Source of the DNA: an uncultured Acidobacteriaceae bacterium
GTDB lineage: Bacteria; Acidobacteriota; Terriglobia; Terriglobales; Acidobacteriaceae
Assembly: GCA_963713395.1 (NCBI GenBank)
Contig: CAVQLS010000001.1
Location: 574,515-638,514, forward strand
Direction of reading: 5' to 3'
DNA length: 64,000 nt
In this document: one piece after another, positions 19,604 through 30,713 of the stretch
Layout of the letters: each line of letters opens with the position of its first letter
Numbering within the stretch: the stretch's first letter is position 1
Position numbers and translations under genes: made by a program
Notes under the pieces: model-generated
Database searches by the model: none
What the model was told of the DNA's origin: nothing
Seen by the model: only the letters and a program-made list of their open reading frames with translations

Positions 19604-22090
19604 TTACTTCTTCATCGTCGTCTCAGTGTGAACACGGCGCGATGCCGGCTCCCCCGCCACCACAATCGTACTATCCGGCGATCGAAACAGCAGCGTAGCT
19701 CCCGTGATGCTGCCCTGTTTGTCATCCACCACGTGCGGCAGATGCCCCGGCGTCCCCGTCAGCACAAACTCGCCCGTCGCCGCCGTATACAGCAATTGAT
19801 CCCCCGTCGCCGTCCTGCCCGGCTGTTCCACCTTCACCCCGCCCGACATCACAATCCTCTCCAGCGACGACCCCACCGGGTCCGGCTGCCCCTTTGCTCC
19901 CTCGGCCTTCGCTGCCGGCGCCTCAGCTGCAGCAGGCTGCTTTGGCGTCAAAAACGCCACTCCGCGCTGCGCCCGCACCTGGCCATCCTCGCCTTCGGCC
20001 AGCACACCACCCGTAAACACCGCCTCATGCGACACCCCCGAGTAATCCAGCCGAGCACTCGTCACCCGCACCACCCGCTCATTGGTCACTGGGAGCTTGC
20101 CCTTCTGAGCCTTCGTCCCGGCACCCGCCGAACCCTCGCCGCCCTTCGGATTCCCCGCGCTCGCAAACACCGACCGCACCACGCCCGTCGGCGCCGCCGG
20201 CCACGCCTGCAGCGAATCCTTCCCACGATCCAGGAACAGATTCGCCGCCTCCACCTGCGACGGCCCCTGCCACATCCTCGCCGGAGCCGCATCCGTGCCC
20301 TTCAGCTCCATCGTCTGCGCCGTCCTGTGCAGCACCGCCTCCTGCGCCAGCGCGTGCGTCACCGGCGCCGCGGCAGCCGAACTACCCGCCTTCGCCTTCG
20401 CATTCACAAACGTCGCCGCGACGTTCCCACTCGCCACCGAATCGCCCGTCTGCTGCATCACCCGAACCGTGTCCGCCGTCACGCTCGTATCCCCACGAGT
20501 CAGCCGCGGCCGTCCCGTCAGGGTCAGCACATCATTCGCTCCATCCAGTTGCGCCCGCTCCGCCACACCCTCGCTCGGCTCAACCCCCTGTTTCCCCGGC
20601 ACGCTCCGAATCTCCACATGCCCCGTCTGCTCCGCCGACGCAATCTCCAGCCCGTGCCCCGCCTGCGACGCAAAGCTCGCCTCCAGCGCATCTCCCGTAC
20701 TCGTCTGCACGGTCCCATCCGGCGTCCGCTGCTCAATCCGCGTACGCCCAGTCCCCTTCAAACTCTGCGGCTGATCCTTGCCCGCCGCATCCTGCGCCAG
20801 CGCCAACTGCAGATCGTCGCCCGCAACCGTCGTCAGCTTCAATCCCCCGGGCCTTCCACCACCAGCCGGCTTCCCTGCAGTCGCCTGCACCACCGAATTC
20901 CCGCGCGCCCACGCCCCACCCTGCGCATGCACCGCCGACACCCTGCTCCCGCCCTTGTGCCCCTGCCGCGCCACCCGCTCCATCGTCAACGTCACATGAT
21001 CCGCGCCCATCTGCCTTCCCAATATCGGGCCGCCCGCCCTGCGCTCCTCCATCGTCAGAGCCACCGCGCCGTCCAGCACCGCGCTCGTCGGATACCCCGC
21101 CGCATCGCACGTAATCTTCGCCGTGTTCGCAATCGCGTGCGTCGGCCGTTCCGCATTCGTATCCAGCAACGCCACACCGCCGCCCAGCTCCGCATGTTGC
21201 ATCTGAGAGCGCTCGTTCATCGTTGCATGCAGAGTCGCCGCCGTAATCGTCCGCGTGTCCTGCTTCAGCGTCACGCCGCCCGACGCCTCCACCATCTCCA
21301 CCGTCCCATCCCTGCGCAGGTGCAGCACCGCCGACGCCGCACTCCCCGTCCGTCCCCCCGTGCTCACCACCGGCTCCGTCAGATCAATCTCATTCGCATC
21401 CCGGTCCAGATCAGCCTTCGTCGCCGTCAGCGTCGCACGCGTCCCGCGCAGCGTCCCTTCCGCCCTCACATCCGCCAGCAGATGCACCACGCTCTGCCCC
21501 GTGTCGAACTCCGCGCCCTTCGCCCACCCATGCATGCCCGCGTACTCGATCTCCACCTCCTGGTCCGTCGCCGCCACGCCCAGCTTCTTCACATACGTCA
21601 GCCCGCTCGTCCGCACATGAATCGCCTGTGCGGTCTTCCCCTGGACCCCGCCGGCACCGCTCGTCTTGCTGCCGCCCGTCAACGCCTCCGGCGGCTCAAT
21701 GTCCATATCGACCACCCCCACCGCGTGCGCCACGCCCAGCTTCTCGTCGTAGTCGAAGTTCGCTCCGTAGATCCGGTCCGTCTGCTGCCCATCCCGCCCA
21801 TACAGCAGCAGCATGCCGTCTTCCAGCGTGTACTTCCCCTCACCATGAGGAATCGCCCGTTTCGCATGCAGCGTAAAGATCGTCTTCCCGCGCAGCGCCT
21901 GCGAGTACGTCACGCCATTCGTCTCATGGGTAATCGTCGCGCCCGACCGCGCCAGAATCTGCTTCCACGCCTGCACCGCGCGATAGCGCCCATAGCCCAG
22001 CAGCACCACCACCGCGCCCACCAGCAACAGCGCCCCTGCCAGCAGTCCCCACCGCAACCTTTCCACTGACAGACGCATCTCGTGCCTCAC
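19604..22090 (-). CDS. Membrane-anchored LptC/LptA (OstA)-like multi-domain protein, apparent LptC-LptA fusion
   Basis: 828 aa (ATG alternative at 22078). N-terminal TM anchor [19 protein letters not shown], then LptC-like [29 protein letters not shown]-terminal OstA-like segment ([21 protein letters not shown]...[30 protein letters not shown]...GATLLF). Occupies the lptC-lptA slot upstream of lptB. Confidence 0.75.
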   Translation of the reverse strand: MRHEMRLSVERLRWGLLAGALLLVGAVVVLLGYGRYRAVQAWKQILARSGATITHETNGVTYSQALRGKTIFTLHAKRAIPHGEGKYTLEDGMLLLYGRDGQQTDRIYGANFDYDEKLGVAHAVGVVDMDIEPPEALTGGSKTSGAGGVQGKTAQAIHVRTSGLTYVKKLGVAATDQEVEIEYAGMHGWAKGAEFDTGQSVVHLLADVRAEGTLRGTRATLTATKADLDRDANEIDLTEPVVSTGGRTGSAASAVLHLRRDGTVEMVEASGGVTLKQDTRTITAATLHATMNERSQMQHAELGGGVALLDTNAERPTHAIANTAKITCDAAGYPTSAVLDGAVALTMEERRAGGPILGRQMGADHVTLTMERVARQGHKGGSRVSAVHAQGGAWARGNSVVQATAGKPAGGGRPGGLKLTTVAGDDLQLALAQDAAGKDQPQSLKGTGRTRIEQRTPDGTVQTSTGDALEASFASQAGHGLEIASAEQTGHVEIRSVPGKQGVEPSEGVAERAQLDGANDVLTLTGRPRLTRGDTSVTADTVRVMQQTGDSVASGNVAATFVNAKAKAGSSAAAAPVTHALAQEAVLHRTAQTMELKGTDAAPARMWQGPSQVEAANLFLDRGKDSLQAWPAAPTGVVRSVFASAGNPKGGEGSAGAGTKAQKGKLPVTNERVVRVTSARLDYSGVSHEAVFTGGVLAEGEDGQVRAQRGVAFLTPKQPAAAEAPAAKAEGAKGQPDPVGSSLERIVMSGGVKVEQPGRTATGDQLLYTAATGEFVLTGTPGHLPHVVDDKQGSITGATLLFRSPDSTIVVAGEPASRRVHTETTMKK

Positions 22091-22153
22091 ATCATCTTCT
22101 CATCTCAACGACTTCCTCACTCCTCCTATGTCGGGCACCTTACAATTCACCTC

Positions 22154-22834
22154 ATGGCCGATCAGCTCTACCTCAGCCTCTGGTTCCCGAACTTCCGTCT
22201 CCAGGGCCTCCCCGACGCACTCGCCTGCGTGCTCCGTCAGTTCATTGCTGTCTCTCGTGAAGGCGGCTCCCACCCCGAGCTCGCCCGCGTCTCCGCCGCC
22301 AGCGCCTATCCTATCGACTGGGCCGAGTCTCCCATCTACCAGCGCATTTACGTCAACGACGAGCGCAGCGAGGCCTCCGACGCCGACGTCTCACTCCCCG
22401 AAAACGCCGTCGCCGAAGCCACCGAGCAGCTCCACGACGACACCGCCTATGAGTTCGAAATGCGCTGGCGCCTCTGGGTCCCCGAGCCCAGCCCCGCCGG
22501 CCTCGACACCCGCTGGACCCTCGAGCCCACCCGCGTCCGTGTCGTCGGCTTCGGCCCAAACTTCGACCTCGGCTCCTACGAACAGAACGGCCACATCCGC
22601 GTCGACTTCGGCCTCGACACTCCCTGGACCTTCGAAAGCCAGCCCTTCGAAGGCTCAGAAGAAGAATCTCTCGACGAAGACACCGCCAAACGCGTCCAGC
22701 AGAACGTCGAAAAGCTCCTCGCCTTCACTCTCTCCGTCGAAAAACATTGCGGCATCTCCAGCCGCCTCCTCTGGACCGAGTCCGGCGAACCCCTGGCCGA
22801 AAAACTCATCGCCCGCCTCCAGCGCCTGAACTGA
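22154..22834 (+). CDS. Hypothetical acidic protein
   Basis: ATG at 22154 (MADQLYLSLWFPNFRL...). Coding-like composition through 226 aa. I recognise no family. Confidence 0.5.
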   Translation: MADQLYLSLWFPNFRLQGLPDALACVLRQFIAVSREGGSHPELARVSAASAYPIDWAESPIYQRIYVNDERSEASDADVSLPENAVAEATEQLHDDTAYEFEMRWRLWVPEPSPAGLDTRWTLEPTRVRVVGFGPNFDLGSYEQNGHIRVDFGLDTPWTFESQPFEGSEEESLDEDTAKRVQQNVEKLLAFTLSVEKHCGISSRLLWTESGEPLAEKLIARLQRLN

Positions 22835-22894
22835 GATAAGACTCGCTACTCTCCAACTTACAGCTCGTAACTAAGCGGAACCACACACCGGGTG

Positions 22895-22930
22895 CCCCAC
22901 CCTCGACCGGCATAGCCGGGCAGGGTGGGG
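22895..22930 (+). terminator. GC-rich stem-loop downstream of 22154-22834
   Basis: CCCCACCCT-CGACCGGCATAGCCGGGC-AGGGTGGGG, followed by a second hairpin TCGCGCG-TGGTA-GCGCGCGA. There is no U-tract, so terminator function is uncertain. Confidence 0.35.
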
Positions 22931-23082
22931 GTATCGCGCGTGGTAGCGCGCGACCGCCTTCGCTCGAATCCCATCAATCCTCTCGAGCACGGCACACCCC
23001 GCCACGACCTCCTAACACAAAGATGCAATGCCCCTCCCCGGCTCCACGATGTCTACTGCGGAATCAGAAAGAAGTTGTCCCC

Positions 23083-24085
23083 ATGCGTCTCCTTGCAACA
23101 ATCCCCGTGTGCGTAGCGCTTTACTGTGCGCCGCAGTACGCGCTCAGCCAAACGCTACTGGCATCGACGACTTCGAGTACTGCCATGATCAACGGCATCG
23201 TCATCGATCGCGACGGCGGTTGCATTCCGGGAGCAGCAGTTTCTATCGTCGGCGAGAAAAGCGATTACAAGTCTTCCTCTACCGCCGATGCAAGCGGCCA
23301 TTTCGCCTTCGACAGCCTCGATGCCAAAAACACCTACCGCCTGACGATCACGGCTCCCGGTTTCAGCGAGTGGGATTCCAAAGAAATCGCTCTGCAGCCT
23401 GGCCAGAACCTTGATCTCGACGACATCGAAATGACGATCTCAGCCGTCGAGACGAGCGTCACCGCTGTCTTCGCCGAGCACCTGGCTGCCCAGCAGGTGA
23501 AAGCGGAGGAGACACAACGCTACCTGGGGGTCGTTCCAAATTTCTACGTTGTCTATGACAGGAACAACGTCGTCCCCATGCCTGCATCCCTGAAATTCCA
23601 TCTCGCCATCAGGGCTGAGACTGACGTTGTCACCTTCACGGGAGCGGCACTTCTCGCCGGAATCCATCAGGCCTCAGACACACCAGCCTTTCAACAGGGT
23701 TTTAAGGGATACGCCCAGCGCTACGGTGCCGCATACGCCGGCGGCGTCTCCGACATCCTGATCGGAGGCGCAATCCTGCCCTCTCTCCTGCATCAGGACC
23801 CTCGCTACTTCTACAGCGGGCGAAGGCACAACGCGACAGCGAGTCACCCACGCCCTGAGCGCGATCTTCCTCACGCACGGAGACAACGGGAAGATCCAAT
23901 TCAACTACTCAGGTCTCGGTGGAGACATGGCTTCAGCAGCCCTGGCAAACACGTACTATCCCTCCGCAAACCGCGGCCCTCAGCTCTTCCTTGCCAACTG
24001 GGCAGTCCTCTCAGCCGGCAGAGCAGCCAACACGCTCGCCCAGGAGTTTCTCGGCAGATTGACAACTCGCGCCCGAGCAGAATGA
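23083..24085 (+). pseudogene. Carboxypeptidase-regulatory-like domain protein, frameshift near 23815-23825
   Basis: Signal peptide MRLLATIPVCVALYCAPQYALSQ, then a CarboxypepD_reg-like segment (INGIVIDRDGGCIPGAAVSIVG...ASGHFAFDSL). After ...HQDPRYFYSG the track frame turns Arg-rich. The +1 frame gives the plausible tail EGTTRQRVTHALSAIFLTHGDNGKIQFNYSGLGGDMASAALANTYYPSANRG...AQEFLGRLTT, ending at 24085. Confidence 0.7.
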
Positions 24086-24244
24086 AACCTCGGGCCACCG
24101 GATTAGCAGCGGCCTTTAGGCCGCTGAATTGACCTTGCAACCACGCGGGGGCTTTAGCCCCGGAGCCACCGAATATCGAAGCGCCGCAGAGCCGCTTCCA
24201 CAGAAAAATGCGCTTCCCACATTTCTTAGCGACATACAAATGAA

Positions 24245-24260
24245 TGTTCCACGGGGAACA
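24245..24260 (-). terminator. Hairpin plus T-rich tail downstream of 24283-25329
   Basis: Minus strand reads TGTTCC-CCGT-GGAACA followed by TTCATTTGTATG, 23 nt after the stop. Confidence 0.45.
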
Positions 24261-24282
24261 CTCCTGTTCCGCGCCGCAAACC

Positions 24283-25329
24283 CTACCGCACGTGGAACGC
24301 CGTGACCGACACACTCCCATCCACCACCTGCGCCCGCTTCCATCCACTCCGGTCATTCAGCGCCACCCACCGCCGCTCTTCCGTCCTGTAGTGCCAGTCC
24401 TTATTCAACTGGAAGAACACCTGGAACCCATTCGCCTCCATCACATTCGAGATGCTGTTGTCGTGCGAGTTCCTCTCGTCAAAATCCACATACGCGTTCT
24501 GCCCCATCTCCGCATAAATCTCGTTCAGCTCAAACAGCGAGTGGCTGATCCCATCCGCCATCGGCTCCGTATGCAGCCCAATCCTCTGCGCCTCGCGCAG
24601 CGTGATCGGATAACTGTGCGACGGATACCCTGAGTTCAGCACCTCGCTGATCGCCGTCGCCTTCTCCAGATCACTCATGTGATACGAAAGAATCTCCAGG
24701 CACAGCTTCGTCGACAGCGCACTCGCCCGGTCCACCGCTCCAATCACCAGCGGATGCACATGGCGGAACAGCGACTCATACGGATTCGCCGTCTCCGTCG
24801 TCGTCTGCCGCTGCCACAACCCCACCACGCGCTGCAGCTCATCCTGGCTCACACTCACGCGGTCATTATCGCGATCGATCGGCGACAGATCATGCGTCAG
24901 CGACGTATCCACCGCAGAGAGATGCGCGATCGGTCCCATCAAAATTCTGTCCGCGCCCAGCGCCAGCATCGTCGCCGCACTCTGGCACTCAAACGGCACC
25001 AACACCGTCAGGTGCTTCGTGTACTGCCGCAGCAGGTTCACCATCCGCAGCGACGCCTGCCCCGACCCTCCATCCGACTTGATGAACATCGACAGCCTGT
25101 CCACCTTGCCCACCCGCTGCAGCAGCCCATACAGCCCCGCCACATCGTTCTGGCAAATCGATCCCTTGTTCGAATTCCAGTACGTCAGCATCGGCTCGCC
25201 CAGCTCCGCCTCGAGCCGCTTCAGCACCTTCTGCGTTCGCTCAAAAAGAATCGGCGGCTGCACACCCCGCCCATCGTTGCTCTCCTTCACGATCTCCGGC
25301 CCAGCCGGCCGCTCCTTCGGCGCCATCAC
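24283..25329 (-). CDS. ClpP/crotonase-fold serine protease, SDH-proteinase family (PF01972-like)
   Basis: 348 aa. MLTYWNSNKGSICQNDVAGLYGLL...SMFIKSDGGSGQASLRMVNLLRQY...VPFECQSAATMLALGADRILMGPIAHLSAVD resembles the S49/SDH signature. Confidence 0.6.
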   Translation of the reverse strand: MMAPKERPAGPEIVKESNDGRGVQPPILFERTQKVLKRLEAELGEPMLTYWNSNKGSICQNDVAGLYGLLQRVGKVDRLSMFIKSDGGSGQASLRMVNLLRQYTKHLTVLVPFECQSAATMLALGADRILMGPIAHLSAVDTSLTHDLSPIDRDNDRVSVSQDELQRVVGLWQRQTTTETANPYESLFRHVHPLVIGAVDRASALSTKLCLEILSYHMSDLEKATAISEVLNSGYPSHSYPITLREAQRIGLHTEPMADGISHSLFELNEIYAEMGQNAYVDFDERNSHDNSISNVMEANGFQVFFQLNKDWHYRTEERRWVALNDRSGWKRAQVVDGSVSVTAFHVR

Positions 25330-25471
25330 ACCTCCTCAACACGCAACACTATTCAACGCCATCCGCGCACACCTTTCCACCGCGCGAGTTTCATATACTC
25401 ACAACTCGAAACTCGCAGCACGAAGCTGATTGCGCAAACCTTTGCAGGAATGTCCGAAGAAACAACCTTCT

Positions 25472-27631
25472 TCAACCCACCACGATCTCCGAAAAGTCCG
25501 CGATCCTCGAAAAATCCTTCACGGTCCGGCCCACCAGCGCCAGCCGGTTCGCCCTGATCTCCGGCTCCGGAGCCATCACCATCACGCAGTCGAAGAACGC
25601 ATCCACCACCGGCCGCAGCCCGGCAATCAACTCCAGCGCACCCCCATACTCTCGCCGCGTCGCCAGCGACCCAACCTCCATCGCGACCACCGTCCCCGTC
25701 TCATTCAACTGCCGCTCCGCATCATCCCTCAGCAGAGCCGCATCCACATCCGCCGCGACCTCCTCGTCGCGGCCCGAGGCCTGCTCCAAAATATTCCGCA
25801 TGCGTTTGAACGCCGCCGCCACCGCCAGGAACGTAGCCGCGTTCTCACCGTTGCGCACCCCGCTCACAGCTTCCGCACGCGCCACAAGATCCCGCAGATC
25901 ATCCTGCCCCGAAACCATCACAGCCTTGGCCACGTCATACGCCTGCCCGCGCACCTCGCGCAGATAAAACTCCACGCGCTCCGCGAAGAACAGCCGCAGC
26001 CGCGCCATCACCTCATCCGACACACCGCCCGCAGCCTGCAACACCTCATCCAACCCCAGCGGCAATCCACTCTCTGCCAGCAGCCGCACCACCGCGTTCG
26101 CCGCGCGCCGCAGCGCAAAAGGGTCCTTCGATCCCGTCGGCTCCATCCCCAGCCCAAACATTCCCGTCAGCGTATCCACACGATCTGCCAAGCCGAGCAG
26201 CGCACCCTCCAGCGACCGCGGCAGGCTATCCGTCGCGGAGGCTGGTTTGTACTGGTCGTAGATCGCCTCCGTCACCGTCGCCTTCAGTCCCTGCGCCCGC
26301 GCATACAACCCGCCGACGACGCCCTGCAGCTCCGTGAACTCCTTCACCAGCTCCGTCGTCAGGTCCGTCTTCGCCAGCAGCGCGGCGCCCTGCACCGCCT
26401 CTGCATCCAGCATCGTTCCACGCACCGCCAGCAATTGCGTGAGCCTCACCACGAGCTGGTGCACGCGTTCCGTCTTCTGCGCATAGCTCCCCAGCTCCTT
26501 CTGGAACGTCACCTTCTCCAGCAGCGGCAGCCGCTCCATCAGCGGCACCCGCTGATCGAACTCCCAGAAGAACCGCGCATCGTTGAATCGCGCCCTCAAC
26601 ACGCGTTCATTCCCCTGCCGAATGATCGGCTCATTCTCTCGCGTCAACTCAATGTTCAGCACCGCGAGGAAATGCGGGGCTAATTTCCCGTCAGCATCTT
26701 CCACCGCGAAGTACTTCTGGTGATCGCGCATCACCGTCACGAGGACCTCTTCGGGAAGCTCCAGGTACGCACGCTCAAACCCACCCAGCAACACCGACGG
26801 CCACTCCGTCAGGTGCGTCACCTGATCCACCAGCGGCTCGTCTTCACGCCAACGCGCTCCTTCAACTTCACGCGTCACCCTATCCAGAGCTTTGCGAATC
26901 CGCTGCCGCCTCACCTCCACCTCCGCAACAACAAACGCTTGTGCGAGCCGGTCAATGTATTCGCTCGGCCGATCGATTTTTACAGGCTCAGGCCCATGAA
27001 GTATTCGATGCCCATATGTGACACCACTAGCAAAACGTCCGCCAAACTCAATTGGAAGTACAAGTGTCGTCGGCTCGCTGAGCTCTTGCCCATTTGTGGC
27101 GTGTCGATGTTCCAGCAAACAGAGCATCCACTGTACCGGCCTCACAAACCGCTCCGGCTTCCCCGCCCGCCAGTACATATTCTTCGCCCAATAAATCGAA
27201 GCGATCTCTTTCGGCAGCTCCGCCCGAATCACCTCCGCCGCGCTGCATCCCTTCTTCGTCACACTCGCCGCGACATACTCGCCCTTCGGAGTCTCAATCC
27301 TCTTCAGCGCATCCACACTCACGCCGCACTTCTTCGCGAACGCCTCCGCTGCCGGCCCCGGCTTACCATCCTTGAACGCGATCTTCACCGCCGGCCCTAC
27401 CAGCTCCTCGGTCACATCGGCCTGCTGCGCCTTCACTCCGCGCACCAGCACCGCCAGTCGCCGCGGCGTCGAGTAGCTCTTCACGCCCTCGCTATCCAGA
27501 TTCACTCCTTGTTCGAGCAAACCTTCGCGACCAAGCAGCGCCACAGTGCGCCGCAACAACTCCGCCTCAGCGCCCGCGATCATCCGCGCCGGCACCTCTT
27601 CCAACCCGATCTCAAAAAGAAAATCCGCCAC
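25472..27631 (-). CDS. glyS: Glycine--tRNA ligase beta subunit
   Basis: 719 aa. GTG start, MADFLFEIGLEEVPARM...YSTPRRLAV. The start overlaps the reconstructed glyQ stop (TAGTG). Confidence 0.93.
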   Translation of the reverse strand: MADFLFEIGLEEVPARMIAGAEAELLRRTVALLGREGLLEQGVNLDSEGVKSYSTPRRLAVLVRGVKAQQADVTEELVGPAVKIAFKDGKPGPAAEAFAKKCGVSVDALKRIETPKGEYVAASVTKKGCSAAEVIRAELPKEIASIYWAKNMYWRAGKPERFVRPVQWMLCLLEHRHATNGQELSEPTTLVLPIEFGGRFASGVTYGHRILHGPEPVKIDRPSEYIDRLAQAFVVAEVEVRRQRIRKALDRVTREVEGARWREDEPLVDQVTHLTEWPSVLLGGFERAYLELPEEVLVTVMRDHQKYFAVEDADGKLAPHFLAVLNIELTRENEPIIRQGNERVLRARFNDARFFWEFDQRVPLMERLPLLEKVTFQKELGSYAQKTERVHQLVVRLTQLLAVRGTMLDAEAVQGAALLAKTDLTTELVKEFTELQGVVGGLYARAQGLKATVTEAIYDQYKPASATDSLPRSLEGALLGLADRVDTLTGMFGLGMEPTGSKDPFALRRAANAVVRLLAESGLPLGLDEVLQAAGGVSDEVMARLRLFFAERVEFYLREVRGQAYDVAKAVMVSGQDDLRDLVARAEAVSGVRNGENAATFLAVAAAFKRMRNILEQASGRDEEVAADVDAALLRDDAERQLNETGTVVAMEVGSLATRREYGGALELIAGLRPVVDAFFDCVMVMAPEPEIRANRLALVGRTVKDFSRIADFSEIVVG

Positions 27632-28628
27632 TATCCCACCACCGCTTCACTCTGCGTCTGAGCCGCCTTCAGCCGCTCCTGCTCCGCATAAACCTTCGCA
27701 ACGCCCACAATCAAATTCCTGATCCGCGCCATCACACCCACGCGCTCCGTCACAGCAGATCGCTCCTCTCGCATCCAGCAGGTTGAACGTATGCGAGCAC
27801 TTCAGCGCCAGCTCATACGCTCCCATCGTCGGAAACCGCAGTCACACTCAACTCATCGGAGCCCTCAATCTTCAGCACGACCTTCGCCCGCTCCAGCAGC
27901 TTCAAACACTCCGCCTCATACAACTCCAAATGCTTCCAGAGCGAATCCACATCCGCATAGTCAAAGCTGTACGCCGAGAACTGCTGCTCCTCATGCAGCC
28001 TCACCTCGCCATACGTACGCTCCGCACCTGTCGCCGGGTCGCGCGACCACACGATGTCGTAGATCGAATCCTTATCCTGCAAGAACTGCGCAATCCGTTC
28101 CATCCCATACGTAATCTCGCCCGAGATCGGATCCAGGTCCATTCCGCCGCACTGCTGAAAGTACGTGAACTGCGTAATCTCCTGCCCATCCAGCATCACC
28201 TGCCAGCCGACGCCCCACGCGCCGCCCACCGGCCACTCCCAGTTGTCCTCTTCAAACTTGATGTCGTGCTCGCGCAGATCAATCCCAATCGCCCGCAGCG
28301 AATCGAGATAAACCTCCTGCACATTCTCCGGTGGCGGCTTCAGAATCACCTGCAGCTGCGTGTGCCGAAACAGCCTGTTCGGATTCTCTCCATACCTTCC
28401 ATCCGCCGGCCTGCGCGACGGCTGCGCGTACGCAATCCAGATCGGCCTTGGCCCCAGCACGCGCAGAAACGTATCCGGGCTCATCGTCCCCGCGCCCACC
28501 TCCAGGTCATACGGCTGCTGCAACACGCACCCGCGCCGCGCCCAGAAGTCCTGCAGCACAAACAACAGCTCCTGAAACGTCAGAGCCCTCTTGTCATTAA
28601 CTGAACTCATTCCCACCAGTGTAGCCAA
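27631..28628 (-). pseudogene. glyQ: Glycine--tRNA ligase alpha subunit with two +1 frameshifts in the 3-prime quarter
   Basis: Frame A (ORF 27813-28628): [36 protein letters not shown]...[12 protein letters not shown]...[13 protein letters not shown]. Frame B: [26 protein letters not shown]. Frame C: SAVTERVGVMARIRNLIVGVAKVYAEQERL..., ending at TAG 27631-27633. Shifts lie near 27816-27841 and 27750-27765. Confidence 0.88.
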
Positions 28629-28648
28629 TTGCCTGCAAATGGATAGAA

Positions 28649-29375
28649 TTGCTCGCCATGGCCGGATTTGCCGTTTTCATGACAGTAGCCACCTGCGCGC
28701 TTGTAGGGATAATCGTTGGATTCGCAGTCTCGTTCGCGCTCTTCGTCCACTCCAAAGGCCAGCTGCACAAACTCGGAACGACGGATCATCGCTACCTGAT
28801 CGAGCGCTCCATCACACCCTTCGCGGCACTTCTATGGATAGCCGTGGCGTGCCTGATTCACGTCTGGATCTCCAACCACCTCGCCCACCAGGACTGCGGT
28901 CTGAGCGGCGACCCCTACGTCACTCTGCCGAACGGATACGTCGTCGGAAGCCTGAACACCTATAGCGGATATGTGCACGCTCCGGGTGTTAGATACAGAC
29001 GTTCCGTTCGTCGGTCCCGGCTATGTTCGCGGCCTGATCAACCTCACCTTCCAGAACGGCCGCTTCGAGGGAACGTACCTCGATCTACGGTCAACTACTA
29101 ATCCCAACGGGATATCAGGTGTACGTCGATTCGTCTTCGACACCCGCGACAGGTCAATCCAAACCTTCCCCACGGGTGACTCCGCCGACTTCGAAGGCCA
29201 GCAGAATCGCGTGCATGCGGACAACACGTCGTATTGGCAGATATATGCGCAGTATCGTCATCACTGGCCAACCGCAGTACTGTGGCTTCTTATTCTCGGA
29301 GGAGAAGCAGCTATCCTCACCCTCTTCCTCCGAATCAAGCCCCGGACTGTTGCGCGGGACCTCGTGGCGGAATGA
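28649..29375 (+). pseudogene. Hypothetical membrane protein, frameshift near 28981-28992
   Basis: ORF 28649 (TM-rich [27 protein letters not shown]...NTYSGYVHAPGV) continues in ORF 28971 (LDTDVPFVGPGYVRGLINLTFQNGRFEG...WPTAVLWLLILGGEAAILTLFL). Both parts have coding-like composition. Confidence 0.55.
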
Positions 29376-29444
29376 TCGAGATGTTGTGCTCTAGGGTCCG
29401 CGCTATACTCCCCCCAACATCACCCTCCCCGCGGAGCCGACCCG

Positions 29445-30704
29445 GTGTATTTCACACCAAAACGTCTCAAGCTCTACCTCTGGGCGCTCCTCGTCCTCGA
29501 GATCATCATCTGCCTCGGCTTCCGCTCCTCCATCGGCGCGGGCGCCATCGACTTCCGCGGCTACTACACCGCCGGCCACATGCTCCGCACCCACCAGGCC
29601 GCTCTCCTCTACGACTACCCCACTCAGCAACGCCTCCAGAACACCCTCGTCGCCCCCGCCCACTTCACCCTGCTCTTCTTCGCCCCGCCCTTCGCCGCTC
29701 TGCCCTTCGCTCTGCTCTCCTTCGCACCGTACCTCTGGGCTCTCCTCCTCTTCGGCATTGTCAATCTCGCGCTCCTCGCCCTCGCCGTCCGCGTCATGCG
29801 CCCTCACCTGCGCGCGCTCACCGCCCGATGGCGCTTCACCCCCGCGCTGCTCTTCCTCTCGTTCCTGCCCGTCGGCCTCACCCTCGTCATGGGCCAGCTC
29901 TCCATCGCACTCCTGCTCATCTGCTGCCTCGCCTTCACTCTCCTCGAATCCGCCAGCCCCCTCCTCGCCGGCCTTGTCTTCTCGCTCGCACTCATCAAAC
30001 TCCAGATCGCCCTCCCCGTCGCCGTTCTCTTTCTCTTCTGGGGACGTTGGCGCTTCACCCTCGGCTTCCTCCTCGGAGCCGCGCTCCTCACCGCACTCTC
30101 CGCCGCCATCATCGGCCCGCACAACCTCCCGACATACCTCCACTCCCTCACCCACACCTCCGCGCTCGCCGGAACCGCGCTGCAGTCCACCGTCGGCATC
30201 GGCCCGCGCCGCATGGCCAACCTCTACGGCCTCTTCTTCACCCTCGCACCCAGCAACTCTTACGCGTTGAATCTCACCGCCTACACCTCTCTTCTTCTCC
30301 TCGGCTGGGCCACCAGCCGCCACGCCTCGTTCCCACTCGCCCTGCTCGTCGCGCTCCTCATCAGCTACCACCTCTACCCCTGCGACCTCACGCTGCTCCT
30401 GCTTCCCATCAGTCTTCTCTGCAACCGCCTCTTCGCCGAAGACGCCACGCCCAGCACCGCACCAGCATCCCAACCCTCACGCCTCTCCTCGCTACAAAGG
30501 CACCGCCGCACAATCCTGTTCTGCGCCATCGGAGCCTTCCTCATCGGCCCCGTGCTCATCGAGATCATCGTCAACGACCTCATCTTCCTTCTCGCGCTCC
30601 CCATCTTCGCCCTCGCCGCCTGCCCCCGCGACTGGTACACCCTCACCCTCCCGCACGAGCCCACAACACGCCCCACGCCCGCGACACAACACACCACCGC
30701 CTGA
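29445..30704 (+). CDS. Polytopic membrane glycosyltransferase, GT87/DUF2029-like
   Basis: 419 aa with about 10 predicted TM helices. N-terminal DFRGYYTAGHMLRTHQAALLYDYPTQ matches the DUF2029 pattern. The overlapping Pro/Arg-rich and Glu/Gly-rich ORFs are rejected. Confidence 0.65.
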   Translation: MYFTPKRLKLYLWALLVLEIIICLGFRSSIGAGAIDFRGYYTAGHMLRTHQAALLYDYPTQQRLQNTLVAPAHFTLLFFAPPFAALPFALLSFAPYLWALLLFGIVNLALLALAVRVMRPHLRALTARWRFTPALLFLSFLPVGLTLVMGQLSIALLLICCLAFTLLESASPLLAGLVFSLALIKLQIALPVAVLFLFWGRWRFTLGFLLGAALLTALSAAIIGPHNLPTYLHSLTHTSALAGTALQSTVGIGPRRMANLYGLFFTLAPSNSYALNLTAYTSLLLLGWATSRHASFPLALLVALLISYHLYPCDLTLLLLPISLLCNRLFAEDATPSTAPASQPSRLSSLQRHRRTILFCAIGAFLIGPVLIEIIVNDLIFLLALPIFALAACPRDWYTLTLPHEPTTRPTPATQHTTA

Positions 30705-30713
30705 CCCTCAGAT

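Noticed and set aside
19562-22069. 835-aa plus-strand ORF, the longest in this region
   Set aside because: It is extremely Arg/His/Pro/Leu-rich with no domain-like segments, and it is exactly antisense to the well-supported LptC/LptA-like gene. This is a typical GC-rich shadow ORF.
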